The notes: generated by a model not told the origin, from the sequence alone. 64,000 nt of DNA from Selaginella moellendorffii (GCF_000143415.4 NW_003314292.1:1495498-1559497); one strand, 5' to 3'; counted from the first letter of the stretch, positions 1-13,163 are shown. Numbers and translations are program-made.

Positions 1-41
1 GGAAGGCCGTGGAAGCTGCAGATAACATCTTTGGTTTCTAA
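1..41 (+). CDS. 3' end of last exon of another gene X copy (continues left of window)
   Basis: Reads KAVEAADNIFGF-stop, matching the gene X C-terminus. Confidence 0.75.
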   Translation, partial: KAVEAADNIFGF

Positions 42-1069
42 TCCAAGATGCCTCAAGCTAAAACATCTTTCTAAATACATGACCTACTTGAACTATCTAT
101 TGTGTTTATAAAATAATCACAATCAGGGCATAGACAATAAAAGTAATAAATATCTAAAACCTAGATGCTTTGGATTCCAAGATGATAAGTTTATCTATAT
201 ACTGTTTATAGTCTTGTGGTAGTCTTATGATATATTAATAAAACGAAACAGGACAGTATGCCATGTGTATCATTGTCTTGTTGGTCTTTGTAAATTCTTC
301 GCACTCAAGGTTACCACAAGTTAGCCAGGGACACCCTCAATCAGCTCTAAGCCGAGTTGATGGCTTGGTCGTGCGGCTGTGAGTGCCATTTGGCTCTCCA
401 TCTTGCCGTCGCTTTGATGCAAACGACCACAGGAACACTGTCGCAATAATATTGTAGAGCAACAAGGTCTCTCAGACAAGGGAATATCTAAATGGATTTT
501 GACAAGGAACAGAACTTCGAGAATAGGACTGTAGAGAATGCTACTGGGCGTTTTTATTGTAAACGGCTTGGCACAGCGCAGCCAGTGCTGATGGAACAAG
601 GCAAAGGGAGGCCCTCAAAACCGTCAAGCTTTACCTCCTTCTGTAACTCACGAACTTTGTCGCGAGCACAATATAAGTTTTCTTTGGCAAATGCTTACAT
701 ACTGATCAGTAGGCGTGACATCTCCTGCTATAGGGTCTAGTTTTTAGGATCCTAGAAATCTACTCCGGGAGACGTCAATACACCAACTTACAAAGAAAAT
801 TAATATTGCAGGTGCTTTTATGCTGCCAAAATTTGAGTTGTAAATTTTTTAAATTAGTTGTTCCGTGAAATCTAATAAGCTAAATGTGCGAATCTTTCCA
901 AAACAGCAACTTCACTTTTTTCTTTTCTTTGTTTCTTGTCCAGCTGAGAACATATGAATAGTCCTGCGTTCTGACATGGTTGAATTATCCTTGCTCATAT
1001 TTACATTAAGCAAATAGTTTGACCATGACCTTCTTAAAAGTCAATATTAGTCACATGGATTACATAATC

Positions 1070-1540
1070 AATACACTTGTATACTTTGCTCTCGCTGCAA
1101 GGTGGTCCCTTCGTACTCGGTGCTCGCTCCCTCCTCACCTGCCAAATACCTCCCAACCTCAAGGCTGCTGCCAAACTCGTTGCGGGAGAACGCAATAACA
1201 GCTCTCCATGCTAGGCAAGAGCGTTCACTTCCACTGGCCACGCCTTCTGAAGATCAGCCAAGCCTCCCCACGACTCATATTGCAGTGGAGTAGAAGATGG
1301 AGGATGTTTCTGTCCTGCGTCGATACAAGTCGGGTTCTCCACGCATTAAGCTGGACCATCTTCCCTGGGTTCTGGGTGTACATCCTTCCGCCCTACGTCG
1401 AGGAAAGGAAAGACAAGCTTGATCTTGTCTCCAGCCTTGTAAATCTTGGTGGAGGGAACATCTTCCGTACAAGCTCGCCCGCCTTGTTGCCCTGCTGACG
1501 GGGACGGCCAGCCAGCAGGCCCTCGTGATTTCTTCTTGAT
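1070..1540 (-). pseudogene. Orphan gene Y remnant (unit 1)
   Basis: Minus-strand peptides EDVPSTKIYKAGDKIKLVFPFL..HPEPRED and EYEGTTL are split by frameshifts and match the + strand copy at 62906-63745. Confidence 0.55.
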
Positions 1541-3120
1541 CAGAATGAGCATTGATATCTCTTCCAGGCACCGAGGAGATCCTGAAAGCCTGCTCGCTGT
1601 ATATCGTCTGGGCCCGACGACGACGTGAAAGCTTTTCTATCCGACTTCGACGTCTCGACGTCGTGTCCCCCCTCCTTCCTCCATGGATGAGTTCTTCGAT
1701 GTCACGAATGAGGCTGGGCGGTTTTCCACTTGCTTGGTTCCTTGGTGGCCGGGGAGGAGTACTTCGACGCGACGGCAATGCAGTTCCAGCGAATCTGGGA
1801 CCTGCTGAGAGATTGTGTGTCCCAAACGCTTATCGACGAAGGAGTCATCACGGAACTTCCATGATGGAAGTTCTTCAGCAAGTCGAATCGGCCGCGCAAT
1901 ATCATCATGGGCCGGGGAAAAAGCGCATTTGGCGAGGAGAGGAAGAATCCCCACAAGTTTGAGAAGGTGAAGGCCGAGCTCGCTGCGAAGATTATGGAAC
2001 TCCCTCCGGCAATGTATCGGAAGCTCAAGATTATGATATGCTACGCAGCTGCAGGCCAGTTCGTCCAGTTTTTCATGCTGCAAGCAAGAAGCGTTGATTC
2101 ACTGAGAAATCTCTGTTTTCTAACGTTCTTTTGGCGCAGGGAGTCCTCACGCCAGTGACTGACGTGCTGGATGTGACTAAGCACATACCGTTCAAGCTCT
2201 ACTTCTTGTTGCTATGGCCGCTGAAACCCCGTGAGTGATGAACAAGCTCGCACCGATTCCGTACTGACTAGATCGTTGCAGGCCTCCGCTTGATACGTTT
2301 GTTCTCCATGGTCACTGGGAAATCAAGCTCACGCTCGAGGGCGCTGTGAAGAGAATCGTAGACTTCGAAGCGTATTCTTGCAAACACGAGGTCTGTCTTG
2401 CCGGCCTCGAGGCCGCTTACATCGCTGCCATAGAAGGTGGCGGACATATGATCAGTAGCGTGTTCGGGCCTACACTTGAGTCCAAGGAGGTACAACTCAT
2501 GCGCGAGGTGACTCTCACTGCCATCCCGAAGCACATGTAGGTTCTGATATCTCGGAATCATCAGAACGATCTTCTTCATCAGACAGTAGCAGCGGCAGTG
2601 GCGGCAGGAGGAGAAAGAGAGCGAGATTTGCGACGGTCACCAAGAGCACGGAAGCGATCAAGGAGATGAAGGCGGTCTATGAGGTGGAAACTCTACCACT
2701 CTGTGTGATGAAATATCCCGACAATGAGGAGGACATGCGCGACATGGCATATGGAGTTTTGCGAGGATTGAAAGCTTTGCACAAAGCTGGTAAGCTTTCT
2801 TAATTTTCTTTTCTTCTGTCTTTCGGTCTTAGTGTCTGTCTCATCCTGGTTTGTAAACTTCCAGGCTTGGTGCACAAGATCATGTATGACAAGAAGTACT
2901 TGCTGATCGATCTCAGCAAGAATGAAGAAGTGCCAGCGTTTCAATTTAAAGGCTGGATCGCGACAAGGCTGGAGGCCGACTGGCGCTACGTGATTTAATC
3001 CGACTTCCATCAACTCGGACTCGTGCTCCAGTCTACAGAAATCGAACCAAAGACTTTGGTTCATCGATTTGCTCTTGAGCAGACCTCAGGTCAACCACTG
3101 CTAAAAGGCTTTTAGTGAAC
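1540..3120 (+). pseudogene. Crinkler (CRN8-like) nuclease + kinase pseudogene (unit 1)
   Basis: Fragments FQRIWDLLRDC, SRNFHDGSSSAS, AFGEERKNP..KAELAAKIMELPPAMYRKLKIMICYAAAGQF (CRN FRGEEK..EL..K..YAA-G pattern) and kinase part YPDNEEDMRDMAYGVLRGLKALHKAG/LVHK..YLLIDL; frameshifts and stops throughout. Confidence 0.65.
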
Positions 3121-3287
3121 ACACATAGAATAAGAATATGCCATAGAAGAAGAATTAGGGCGGACGTGGATTATGCTTCGCTTGGATTTTTCTATCCTTA
3201 GAATATGCTTTAAACTCAAACGAATTTTAGGGCACGACAGATGCCCCTAGTCTTCTTCTTCCTCGGAAATGCGCGGGGACGAGGAGG

Positions 3288-4680
3288 ATGAGCGATCCCG
3301 GGGCGTCGGGCTACGTCGTGCTGCTGCGGCGATGCATCGCGGGCAGGGATCTGGAGGGCGGCCGGCGATTGCACGGGCTGGCACACCGATCTCTTCGTCG
3401 CCAATCTCCTCATCCAGATGTATGGCGCCTGCCGCTCCATCGCCAGCGCATGGTCGTCTTCCGCGAGCTCCGCGTCCGCAACCTCTTCACCATCAACATC
3501 ACCATCGCCGCGCTTGCCCAGAACAGCTGCTTCCGCGACGCGCGATCCCTGTTCGTGGAATCCCCCCGCCGCGACGTCGTTACCTGGAACTCGATGCTCA
3601 CCATCGCCGCGCACCGCCTCCGGATCGGCGAGGCGCGGGAGGTCTTCGCGCGGATGCCTGCCCGGAGCGTCGTCTCTGCGAACGCGATGATCGCAGCATT
3701 TGCCCAATGCGGGCAAATTCGCGAAGCCCAGGAGTTCTTCCGCGACGCCATAGCCGAGAGGGACGTCTCGAGCTGGAACAATCTCCTCCACGCCAGCGTC
3801 TCCTCCAGCGAGGTCGATCTCGCGCGATCGGTCTTCGATGCTATGCCGCACTGGGATTGTGTCGCGTGGTTGAGCATGATCCAGGGCTACGCCGAACGCT
3901 GATGTGCAACGCCGAGGAGCTCTTCCTCGCGCTGGATCATCCGGATCTCATGTCCATCACGTCCATGATCGCGGGCTATGAAGATCGACCAGGCGAGGGA
4001 GCTCTTCTCGCGGATGAAGCACTGCAACACCGTTGCCTGGAACGTGATGATCCCGGCGCTGAGGAGGCGCGGCAGGCATTCGATTCGATGACGGCGCCGA
4101 GGAATCTCTCGTCCTGGAACACGGTCATCTCGGCCTACGCACAGGCGGGACTGGTGGATCGCGCGAGGGAGCTCTTCGATCAAACCCTGGACAAGAACGC
4201 GGTGACCTGGACGGCGGTGATGCACGCGGCAGCTCCGCGAGGCGCGATCGATCCTCGACGCCATGCCGGAGCCAAACATCGTGTCGTGGACGACGATGAT
4301 CACGGCCTTACGCGCAGCACGGCGCCGGCGCCGACGCGATCCAGCTCTTCCGGATCATGGATCTTGAGACGATCGTGAGCGTGCTTTTCGCGGCCACGGC
4401 GATCCAAGATCCATCGCTAGCGCACCACATCCTGCCCGATATCCGCCACAGCGCCTCTACCGCGAGGGCGCGGTGGGGAATTCTCTCGTCCATCTCTTCA
4501 GCCGATCGGGACGGCTGGACGACGCGCGCGAGATCTTCCAGGGGATGATCGACAGAGCACGGTTTCTTGGAATATCGCCATCACGGCCACGGCCAAGGCC
4601 GCTCCAGCTGCTGGAATCCATGGTGCTCGACGGTTGCGCGCCCGACGCGATCACATTCTCGTGTCACATTGGATCGCTGG
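3288..4680 (+). pseudogene. PLS-class PPR pseudogene (copy of 57149-58993)
   Basis: Near-identical to the intact PPR but with many deletions and frameshifts; truncated at cacattggatcgctgga. Confidence 0.9.
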
Positions 4681-6500
4681 ATCACCTTGTTGAACATAGA
4701 GGATTGAAAATAAACGTTTAAAAGAAACGTGCCTTGGTACCTATAGTTTCATGATAAAAACCATCACATTCTAGAAAATGCATTTTACGAAAACATGCTT
4801 ACTTCATGGGATGAATGGAAAGCAACAGAAGCCTCATTCCCAGATGCATTTCTCCAGATATAACAGACATGACGAGGTAGTAGCAAAAGATTGCAAATGT
4901 GGTGGTTCCTAGCAAGCCTGAAAGGAAGGAAACTATTCAGGTCTAGAGATCGCATCGACAGAAAGTACCCCAGGCACTGTCAAGCTGAATAAAGACTTGG
5001 TTCAGAAACGGAAAAGCTGGAGGATTGACAAGCATGAAAACAATGATGTGGAGAAGCCAAATTATAGACAAAGCCAAACTGCAACAAGAGAAATAATAAG
5101 ACTGAATCTTTTTCTTAAGACTTAAAAGACTTTCTTACCTGACAATGCCAAAAACAAGCTTGGCTAGCTAGAAGAGAACCGTAAGAGCCCAGGATGTGTC
5201 TGCCTGAGAGTAAACCAACATTAGAATCAACACAAAAACTTAAATGGTAAACTAGAACGGTAGCTTCTCTCCCTGTGGGAATGCCTCGTTCAGAGCTTGA
5301 ACATCATCTTCCAAAAAGACAAGCTCCTGAATCGAGCTACACATATGCGTTTGTCAACACGATCACGTCCACCATTTACTTTTGTTTCTGTGCGCAGGGG
5401 TGCTGACCTGCTGGACTTTCTTCACATTTTTTCGAAACTTCCGTCCTTTCTTCCCACCTCTCTCTTCGCGTTGGAGGCCCAAAGTCGCCGTTTTTAGCTC
5501 GTTAGAGCGCTTGGCTAGATCAGTCGCCTCCTGTAAAGCCATCACCTTGAAGATATTAGTTGCAAGAAACGAGAACAAATCACACACACACACACCTTTA
5601 CGTATTGAGCACGAGTAGTAACACACTTGGGCCTATTCTTGAACGCAAATATGAGGCTCAGTGGTAATGTTGCCATTCCAACACCTCCGAACATCTGCAG
5701 GAAGGAAATCAGATCTTCTAGAAAACAACACATAAAACGACATTACCGTGAAGAGTATTGATCTTATTATTGTGCTTAATGCGATCATGTAAGTCGGGAA
5801 GGGCGCACGCCCAGACCACGTAGTTTTAACCAGAGATCCAGACGTATAAGCTGCACACTGTCACACAATATTGTCAGATCAATGAAGAAAGGGAAAATGT
5901 AAAAGAAAAAGTTTACCAAATCATTGGTGAATGCCAGCGTCGTGGATGAAAGATGTCTCACGGTGAAATCAGCATAGCCGATCACAGCTTCAAGCAATCA
6001 CGTAAAAAAAGGGTTTAAGAACAAAAGATGGAAAAGAGCTTCTCACCATAGAGAAATCCCAAGAGGAGGCAGAGGACTGTGAGGAGTATCACCACCCGTT
6101 CTTTACCCTTTGTGTCACAGTCCTGGAAATCACCACGAACAAAGAAAGCTTTTGAGATCATGGAGGAATAGAAAGAACTTAAGAAACTCTAGGAGGAGCT
6201 CGGTCGATTGAGTGTTCTAAGAACAAGAAGAAAAAGATGGAAGATTACTTCTCCTGGTCGCTCTCGTAGAAGAAGATCGCGAAAGGAGTGACGAGATAGA
6301 CGAGCACAGTGTCGATGATGTAAACCGCCCACCATAGCTGCTTCATCGGGAGAGTGAGCTTACACGCCCCGACGTAGAGATTCTTCTCGCAGGAATGGCG
6401 ATTCGCGACGTCCGCCGGGAGCATCAGGATCGAGAGTTGGGCAATGCTGAGCCCAATCACGACGATGATCTTGGGAAGGTAGGCCTGATTCTGGAGCGCG
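4681..6500 (-). pseudogene. LIMR/LMBR1-family membrane protein fragment
   Basis: NQAYLPKIIVVIGLSIAQLSILMLPADVANRHSC..LTLPMKQLWWAVYIIDTVLV..PFAIFFYESDQEK and [25 protein letters not shown] match plant LIMR proteins; both ends missing, internal deletions. Confidence 0.8.
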
Positions 6501-6548
6501 TGATGCCGGGGATCCGGCGCCTCGAGGAGCTGGAGAACGGGGAGCGTA

Positions 6549-8335
6549 ATGCCGGTGGCGATGGATCCTCCAGCTCCTCGGCCGCGGTAATCTATAGCGT
6601 GCCGGGCGGATTGAGGGATCCAGGGCGATTGTGGGTGTCGTGGAGCAATGGGAACCAGCTCCAGCTCTCCTACATCGAGAATGCTGTGGGAGGCGGCGGA
6701 AGAGTCACGGAGATTCATCTGGGAGAAGGATGGGATGCCGAGAGGCGGCATGATTCTCTCCCGGCTTTTGCTCTTCTCCAGAACCAGCGGCAATTGGGCT
6801 ACAACCCAGGCGACTGGTATGAAAAATTCTTCTCTTTTTACTCTAGAAACGCTAGGTGTGATCGCAGGTGGGAGCATGTATTAGAGTATAGCAAGAGCAT
6901 TCACAGCGTTCTCGACCAGCCCACGCAAGGCAAGGTTAGCCATTGTATCATGCGTGAGCGAATGATGTGAAAGATTTTTTTTGTTTTTTTCTTGCAGGGG
7001 GAGAAGACCTCGATGTTTAAGGCTGTGTGGGAGCTCATAGAAGTTTTCTATGTGGACAGAAGCGCGACATGGTGGCTTCCGGAGTGTCTTGTAGACTGGC
7101 TAGCGGTAAGAAGCAGTGAGTTTTTTCTTGACTTATGATTGATTTGCCTGTGAGCTTTGCAGGAGTACGACGAAGTCCTCTTCAGTGATGAAGACACTGT
7201 ACATTCCAAGGTGGTGTCGTTCCAGCGGAAGCTTTCCGAGATTCAAGTAAGTTCGAAGTCTTGCAGCTTTTTGTTTTCTCTTTGTGTATCATTTTTTAAC
7301 TTGCACTTGCAGTTTCCCGAAGATGATGTAGCTTTCTGGGATGCAATGGCTTCGGCGTTGTCAGTCGGATGGCTTGACGTTGTTGGAAGTTGTAAAACTG
7401 TCCGTGTAAGTTTCATTGGTAATCTTAATCTTCCAGATAGCTTTCTTGCGGATGCATGGATCGTATCGATTGGATCAGCTTGATCACCGGCAGGTTTCTT
7501 TCTTCATGCTGTTCTGTTGACTTGCGTTAACTTCCGGATGCTTTTTTATGTCTTGGCAGACTGAAAATGGCCTCTTAGAAGCAGTTACACTGCTCATTAT
7601 GCAAATGCCGCGGCTGCGCCCGAGGCTCCCTGATGGAAGTCCTGGTGTTGCTATAGGTTTTAAGCCTGACTTTTCTAAGGTTTGATGTGGTTGCAGCAAG
7701 TTTCTCAGATTTGATTACATGCAGGCGAGGGAAAAATTGGCGAAGTCAGGTTTCCAAGCTTGAAAATAGTGTGTTTTGGGCGGAATGCAACCACCGTGGG
7801 ACGCTTCTTGGTCTTAAGAAGCTAATACAGGTGCTATTGGGAAACGTTGATGTTCTACAGCTCTCTACGTTTCACTGGATGGAGCTGCTGGTGGCGCATT
7901 TCCTACATCTGATACCTTTTTCTTTGGTATGTATGAACTGTGTAGTGTGCTAAGTTCACTTGCAATTATCGGGTGCAGGTCTTAGATGGAATGCGTAGCA
8001 TAGCTTCCAAGTGCAAAGGATTGAAAAGTTCTGGGGACGAAGACCTTGAAGAACTTTTATCTGCAATTATCAGCAACGACACCGAGGTAAATGCTCTTCC
8101 CCGTCACAGTGGTAAGAACTTCTCATGTCGAATATTTATATAAATTTTCTATCAGGATGATGGCGCATGTTGATGATCTCTTGATAGCAAAAGGGGAGGA
8201 CGTTCGATCTCTTCTTGAAGAAGACCTTGACAGAACTCCATCGTTTGGTTTATTCTCAAGTACTGTCTTCGCACAGCTTAACCTGGCAGGTATGTCTTTG
8301 ATTTCTTTCTTCTTGATGGGCATCCAGCCATCTTG
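6549..8335 (+). pseudogene. NUP85: Nuclear pore protein Nup85 pseudogene (5' part)
   Basis: Exons encode SWSNGNQLQLSY, AVWELIEVFYVD, FWDAMASALSVGWLDVV, MHGSYRLDQLDHRQ/TENGLLEAVTLLIMQMPRLRP, HWMELLVAHFLH; 3' exons deleted, one donor site altered. Confidence 0.8.
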
Positions 8336-8459
8336 CAAAGCTGATCGTTTCTTCGTTGTCAAACAAAGGTAGGATTTCTTCTTGAACTGTACAATTCAGA
8401 AGCGTGAGTCTAATAGTTTGACCGTAGAATTTCGCTAAAAGTCAATATTTAGTCAACAT

Positions 8460-8940
8460 AGTCTTCTGTCATTGAAAATGTTAGCTTTTCATTGATTTTC
8501 ATACTTGAACTCAGCAATTAATCTATACACATGTACGGCTACGTTGATTTGTTAGGCACCCTCAGAACCAAGCACTGCTACACCAGCGTCGTCCCTTCGT
8601 ACTCTGCAGATGCCCGCAACGCCTCCCTAGTCTCAGGCACCCGAAGCATCTCACGCCTGCCTTGGATGGATATAAGTCGGGCTCCCAATCTCAGACAAGC
8701 CCAATCAAGCTTTTGCTACTCTTGCAAAAGGCCCCAGACCAGCGCATGAAACGAGTGTGTGATTTCATCACGGCCCATTTCATTTCACCACTCTCCGAGA
8801 CGATGCTGTGAAACTTGACTTAGTGGACCTGTGATTTTCCACAAGCGCTGGTTCCTTTGCGACGCGATGTGGTTCCAGCGACCGGCTGGGGCAAAGCCGT
8901 CTACGCATTTGGCGAGGAGAGGAAGAATCCCAACAAGTTA
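8460..8940. pseudogene. Second collapsed gene Y(-)/CRN(+) remnant upstream of gene X
   Basis: Reverse complement matches 62970-63080 and 63360-63680 (Y); it is followed by gacgcgatgtggttccagcg..gcatttggcgaggagaggaagaatccc (CRN). Repeated at ~12350-12790, 20650-23200, 42620-43050, 51880-52330. Confidence 0.55.
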
Positions 8941-9320
8941 AATGCTGTAGGTTATCATGCCCTAAAAGCATATGCATAAAGAATATGAAACGATACCTGA
9001 TTTCTGGCGTTGGGTTAAGCTCCGAAGGAGGCTTGGCGTTTTGCACCAAACGCGTTTGGTGTAGATGCGTTTCCTGCACCGAACTAGTTTTCTGCACTAA
9101 ACTAATCTTTCAGAACGCTCATCCAAATCACCTTTTGTTTTTTAACCGGGTATACCTGCATTTTTTTGGAGGTATATGTATGACAAAGTCATGCAGCACT
9201 GAGTCACTTCATTTTGGGATAAACATGTTTTGTACACTAAACTAACTCATTTACCCCATTATAAAAAGTGAGTGTACATACCTCTTCTGGTGTACATACT
9301 TCTTCTGAAGGTGAATTGCA

Positions 9321-10354
9321 ATGGCAACCATGGCGACAATGCTGGGAGCCTTCGGTTCATTGAAGGAGATTGGTGACATTGTGGCGAATTTTGATTTCAG
9401 CAAGGTAAAGTTGAACCTGTCTTGCCCAAAGCAGTGCTTAACTCCTTGTGGAATGCTCCAGATTGATGTGCGTTCCAAGACTGCTGAGGATTACCTCCAC
9501 ACCAACCTGACACCATCGTTTGGGGGATTGAATGCAGAAACAGTGAAGAAGATGGATGAGGTTCTCAAAGTTTGCATCGCGGGAACCACAGACCTTCTAG
9601 CCAAAGTGCCACCGAAAGAGCGAACTTGGGAGAAGGTCAACTCCATGTTCATGCAAAATCCCCTGGTTGAGCCAATGGGCGATGGGATTAGCAGAGCTGA
9701 CAAGTTTCTCAACAAAAGCTCTAACGATTTCAAGTTTGACAGGTCACCGGATGCAGTTATTGTGAGAGCGGTAATAGAAGTTATGTATTATAGAAGAGCT
9801 CTATTAACCGTTGCGGCCTTCTCTCATCACAGGTTCAGACCTGGTTTGTGAATCTCATTGCAGATGAGGACGTCCTGAAATCAACCAAGATCGACATTGA
9901 AGTTCTTGGGCGCATTGTTGCTCAGTCAGGGGCGGCCATTAACAGCTTTAAAACTTTCTTTGCCAACGATGAGCACCACGAGAAGACCATAATTGACATC
10001 AGGGTCTTAATGTACCCTGATATCCAAAACCCGTACTTCAAGGTTTGTATTTCTTCAGCCGTTCCCAGCCCTTCGTATTTCAGTCACAGCTCATGTTTTT
10101 GAGTACAGGTGTACCGCATCAAACTCTTTGCTTGGTCTGATAGCTACCGTATTCTGTACCATCAGGAGGATTCCAATGGCATCACTGGAGGTGAGGTGTC
10201 TAATGTGAACCACTGAAAACTGCACGCTCCTTTTGTTCTATTTGCAGAGTTCACCTTCCGTAAGTTTAAGCCGCGCAAGGAGGTCATTGAGAACATGAAC
10301 CCAGATGCCAAAAAGAAGGCTGTGGAAGCTGCAGATAACATCTTTCGTTTCTAA
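9321..10354 (+). CDS. Gene X copy 1, uncharacterised 263-aa protein, 5 exons (9321-9404, 9462-9770, 9833-10042, 10109-10190, 10248-10354)
   Basis: All four introns are GT-AG and 57-66 bp; the spliced frame is open from MATMATMLGAFGSLKE to DNIFRF-stop; TATA-like tataaaaa ~60 bp upstream. Confidence 0.85.
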
Positions 10355-11429
10355 TATCCAGGCTGTGTCAATCGAGCCAAGATGCCCTTTGCTTCAAGCT
10401 AAAACATCTTCCTAGATAATAATGATCTATTGTGTTTACATGTTTTAATCTCAATTTCTGAAAAGAGACAATCAGCCTGGAACGACAAACTACAATAAAG
10501 TAATAAATATCTAAAAGCTAGATGCTTTGGATTCCAAGTACTTTTGTCAATGTAGCAATGTTTTGCCTTCCACTGGAACATTGAAAGGTGATGATAAGTT
10601 TATCTATCTATCTATATACTGTTTATAGTCTTGTGGTGCCCATCAAGTATTCTTTGTGATATATTAATAAAACGAAACAGGACAGTTTGCCATGTGTAGA
10701 TCATTGTCTCGTTGGTCTCTGTAGGTTCTTCGCGCTCAAGGTTACCACAAGTTAGCCAGGGACACGCTCAATCAGCTCTAAGCCTCTGGTGCTGGATTTT
10801 CCGATCCTGTCGCTTTGATGCAAACGACCCCGGGAACACTGTCGCAATAATATTGTAGAGCAACAAGGTCTCTCAGACAAGGGAATATCTAAATGGATTT
10901 TGACAAGGAACAGAACTTCGAAAATAGAACTTTAGAGAATGCTACTTGGAACAAGGCAAAGGGAGGCCCTCAAAACCGTCGAGCTTTTCCTCCTCTAACT
11001 CACGAACTTTGTCACGAGCACATTGTAAGTTTTCTTTTGCAAATGCTTACGTACTGATCAGTAGGCGTGATATCTCCTGCTATAGGGTCGAGTTTTTAGG
11101 ATCCTAGAAATCTACTCCGGGACAAGACGATCAAGACGTTAATACAATTGTAATGTTTTTAAATTAATAAGCTAAATGCGCGAATCTTTCCAAAACAGCA
11201 ACGTCACTTTGGTCTTTTCTTAGTTTCTTGTCCAGCTGAGAACAGAGGTTTGTCTAGCTCAAGCATGAGTTTCTAAATGAATACGTCCTGCGTTCTGACA
11301 TGGTTGAATTATCCTTGCTCATATTTACGACCAGTCTAAAGCTTAAACATTACATAATCAACGGCTACTTTGATTTTCTTCCTCTCGCATACTCGGTGCT
11401 CGCTCCCTCCTCGCCTGCCAAATACCTCC

Positions 11430-12235
11430 CTGATATGGAAGTCCTGGTGTTGCTATAGGTTTTAAGCCTGACTTTTCTAAGGTTTGATGTGGTTGCAGCA
11501 AAGTTTTTAGTTTCTCAGATTTTATTACATGCAGGCGAGGGAAAAATGGCGAAGTCAGGTTTCCAAACTTGAAAATAGTGTGTTTTGGGCGGAATGCAAC
11601 CACTGTGGGACGCTTCTTGGTCTTAAGAAGCTAATACAGGTGCTATTGGGAAACGTTGATGTTCTACAGCTCTCTACGATTCACTGGATGGAGCTGCTGG
11701 TGGCGCATTTCCTACATCTGATACCTTTTTCTTTGGCATGTATGAACTGTGTAGTGTGCTAAGTTCACTTGCAATTATCGGGTGCAGGTCTTAGATGGAA
11801 TGCGTAGCATAGCTTCCAAGTGCAAAGGATTGAAAAGTTCTGGGGACGAAGACCTTCAAGAACTTTTATCTGCAATTATCAGCAACGACACCGAGGTAAA
11901 TGCTCTTCCCCGTCACAGTGGTAAGAACTTCTCATGTCGAATATTTATATAAATTTTCTATCAGGATGATGGCGCATGTTGATGATCTCCTGATAGCAAG
12001 AGGGGAGGACGTTCGATCTCTTCTTGAAGAAGACCTTGACAGAACTCCATCGTTTTGTTTATTCTCAAATACTGTCTTTGCACAGCTTAACCTGGCAGGT
12101 ATGTCTTTGATTTCTTTCTTCTTGATGTCTAAACTGGCTAGAGAACGACATCCTAAGCACCGCAGAGCCTGGCGCTGTGGATCGCCTGAGATTGGCACTG
12201 GCATCCAACTTGGGCCGTGCCATCTTGCAAAGCTG
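11430..12235 (+). pseudogene. NUP85: Nup85 internal fragment fused to tip of gene Y (unit 2)
   Basis: Copy of 7630-8335; junction aatacctccc|tgat joins Y to Nup85. Confidence 0.75.
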
Positions 12236-12877
12236 ATCGTTTCTTCGTTGTCAAACAAAGGTAGGATTTCTTCTTGAACTGTACAATTAAGCAAATAGTT
12301 TGACCGTAGAACTTCGCTAAAAGTCAATATTTAGTCAACATAGTCTTCTGTCATTGAAAATGTTAGCTTTTCATTGTTTTTCATACTTGCACTCAGCAAT
12401 TAATCTATACACATGTACGGCTATGTTGATTTGTTAGTCACCCTCAGAACCAAGCACTACACCAGCATCGTCCCTTCGTACTCTCCCTAGTCTTAGGCAC
12501 CCGAAGCATCTCACGCCTGCCTTGGATGGATACAAGTCAGGCTCCCAATCTCGGACAAGCCCAATCAAGCTTTTGCTACTCTTGCAAAAGGTGCATGAAA
12601 CGAGTGTCTGATTTCACCCTGTTGACGTTCACGGCCCATTTCATTTCACCACTCTCTGAGACGATGCTGTGAAACTTGACTTAGTGGACCTGTGGTTTTC
12701 CACAAGCGCTGGTTCCTTTCCAGCGACCGGCTGGGGCAAAGCCGTCTACGCATTTGGCGAGGAGAGGAAGAATCCCAACAAGTTAAGTGCTGCAGTTTAT
12801 CATGCCCTAAAAGCATAATATGATTTTTGGCGTTGGGTCAAGCTAGACTACTGCACCGAAGGAGGCTTGGCGTTTTG

Positions 12878-13110
12878 CACCAAACGCGTTTGGTGTAGAT
12901 GCGTTTCCTGCACCGAACTAGTTTTCTGCACTAAACTAATCTTTCAGAACGCTCATCCAAATCACCTTTTGTTTTTTAACCGGGTATACCTGCATTTTTT
13001 TGGAGGTATATGTATGACAAAGTCATGCAGCACGTGCTGCGATGAGTCACTTCATTTTGGGATAAACATGTTTTGTACACTAAACTAACTCATTTACCCC
13101 ATTATAAAAA
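12878..13110 (+). promoter_or_regulatory. Putative gene X promoter: 18-bp palindrome, G-box palindrome, TATA box
   Basis: caccaaacgcgtttggtg (12878-12895), gcagCACGTGctgc (13027-13040), tataaaaa (13103-13110), ATG at 13164. Confidence 0.5.
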
Positions 13111-13163
13111 GTGAGTGTACATACCTCTTCTGGTGTACATACTTCTTCTGAAGGTGAATTGCA

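Noticed and set aside
3269-4378. 369-aa ORF as a real gene
   Set aside because: Off-frame read of the PPR pseudogene that drifts in and out of the PPR frame at deletions.
4676-4690. Helitron 5' end at the PPR|LIMR junction (A|TC)
   Set aside because: The host base after the A is G rather than T, and no 3' hairpin-CTRR terminus or Rep/helicase was found.
6245-6970. 210-aa (-) and 191-aa (+) ORFs as novel LIMR-Nup85 fusion proteins
   Set aside because: Produced by deletion of the head-to-head intergenic region; each is half antisense text, and they are not preserved in unit 5.
9321-10354. Assigning gene X to a named fern/lycophyte insecticidal protein or toxin family
   Set aside because: No motif I can match with confidence; kept only as a hypothesis to test.
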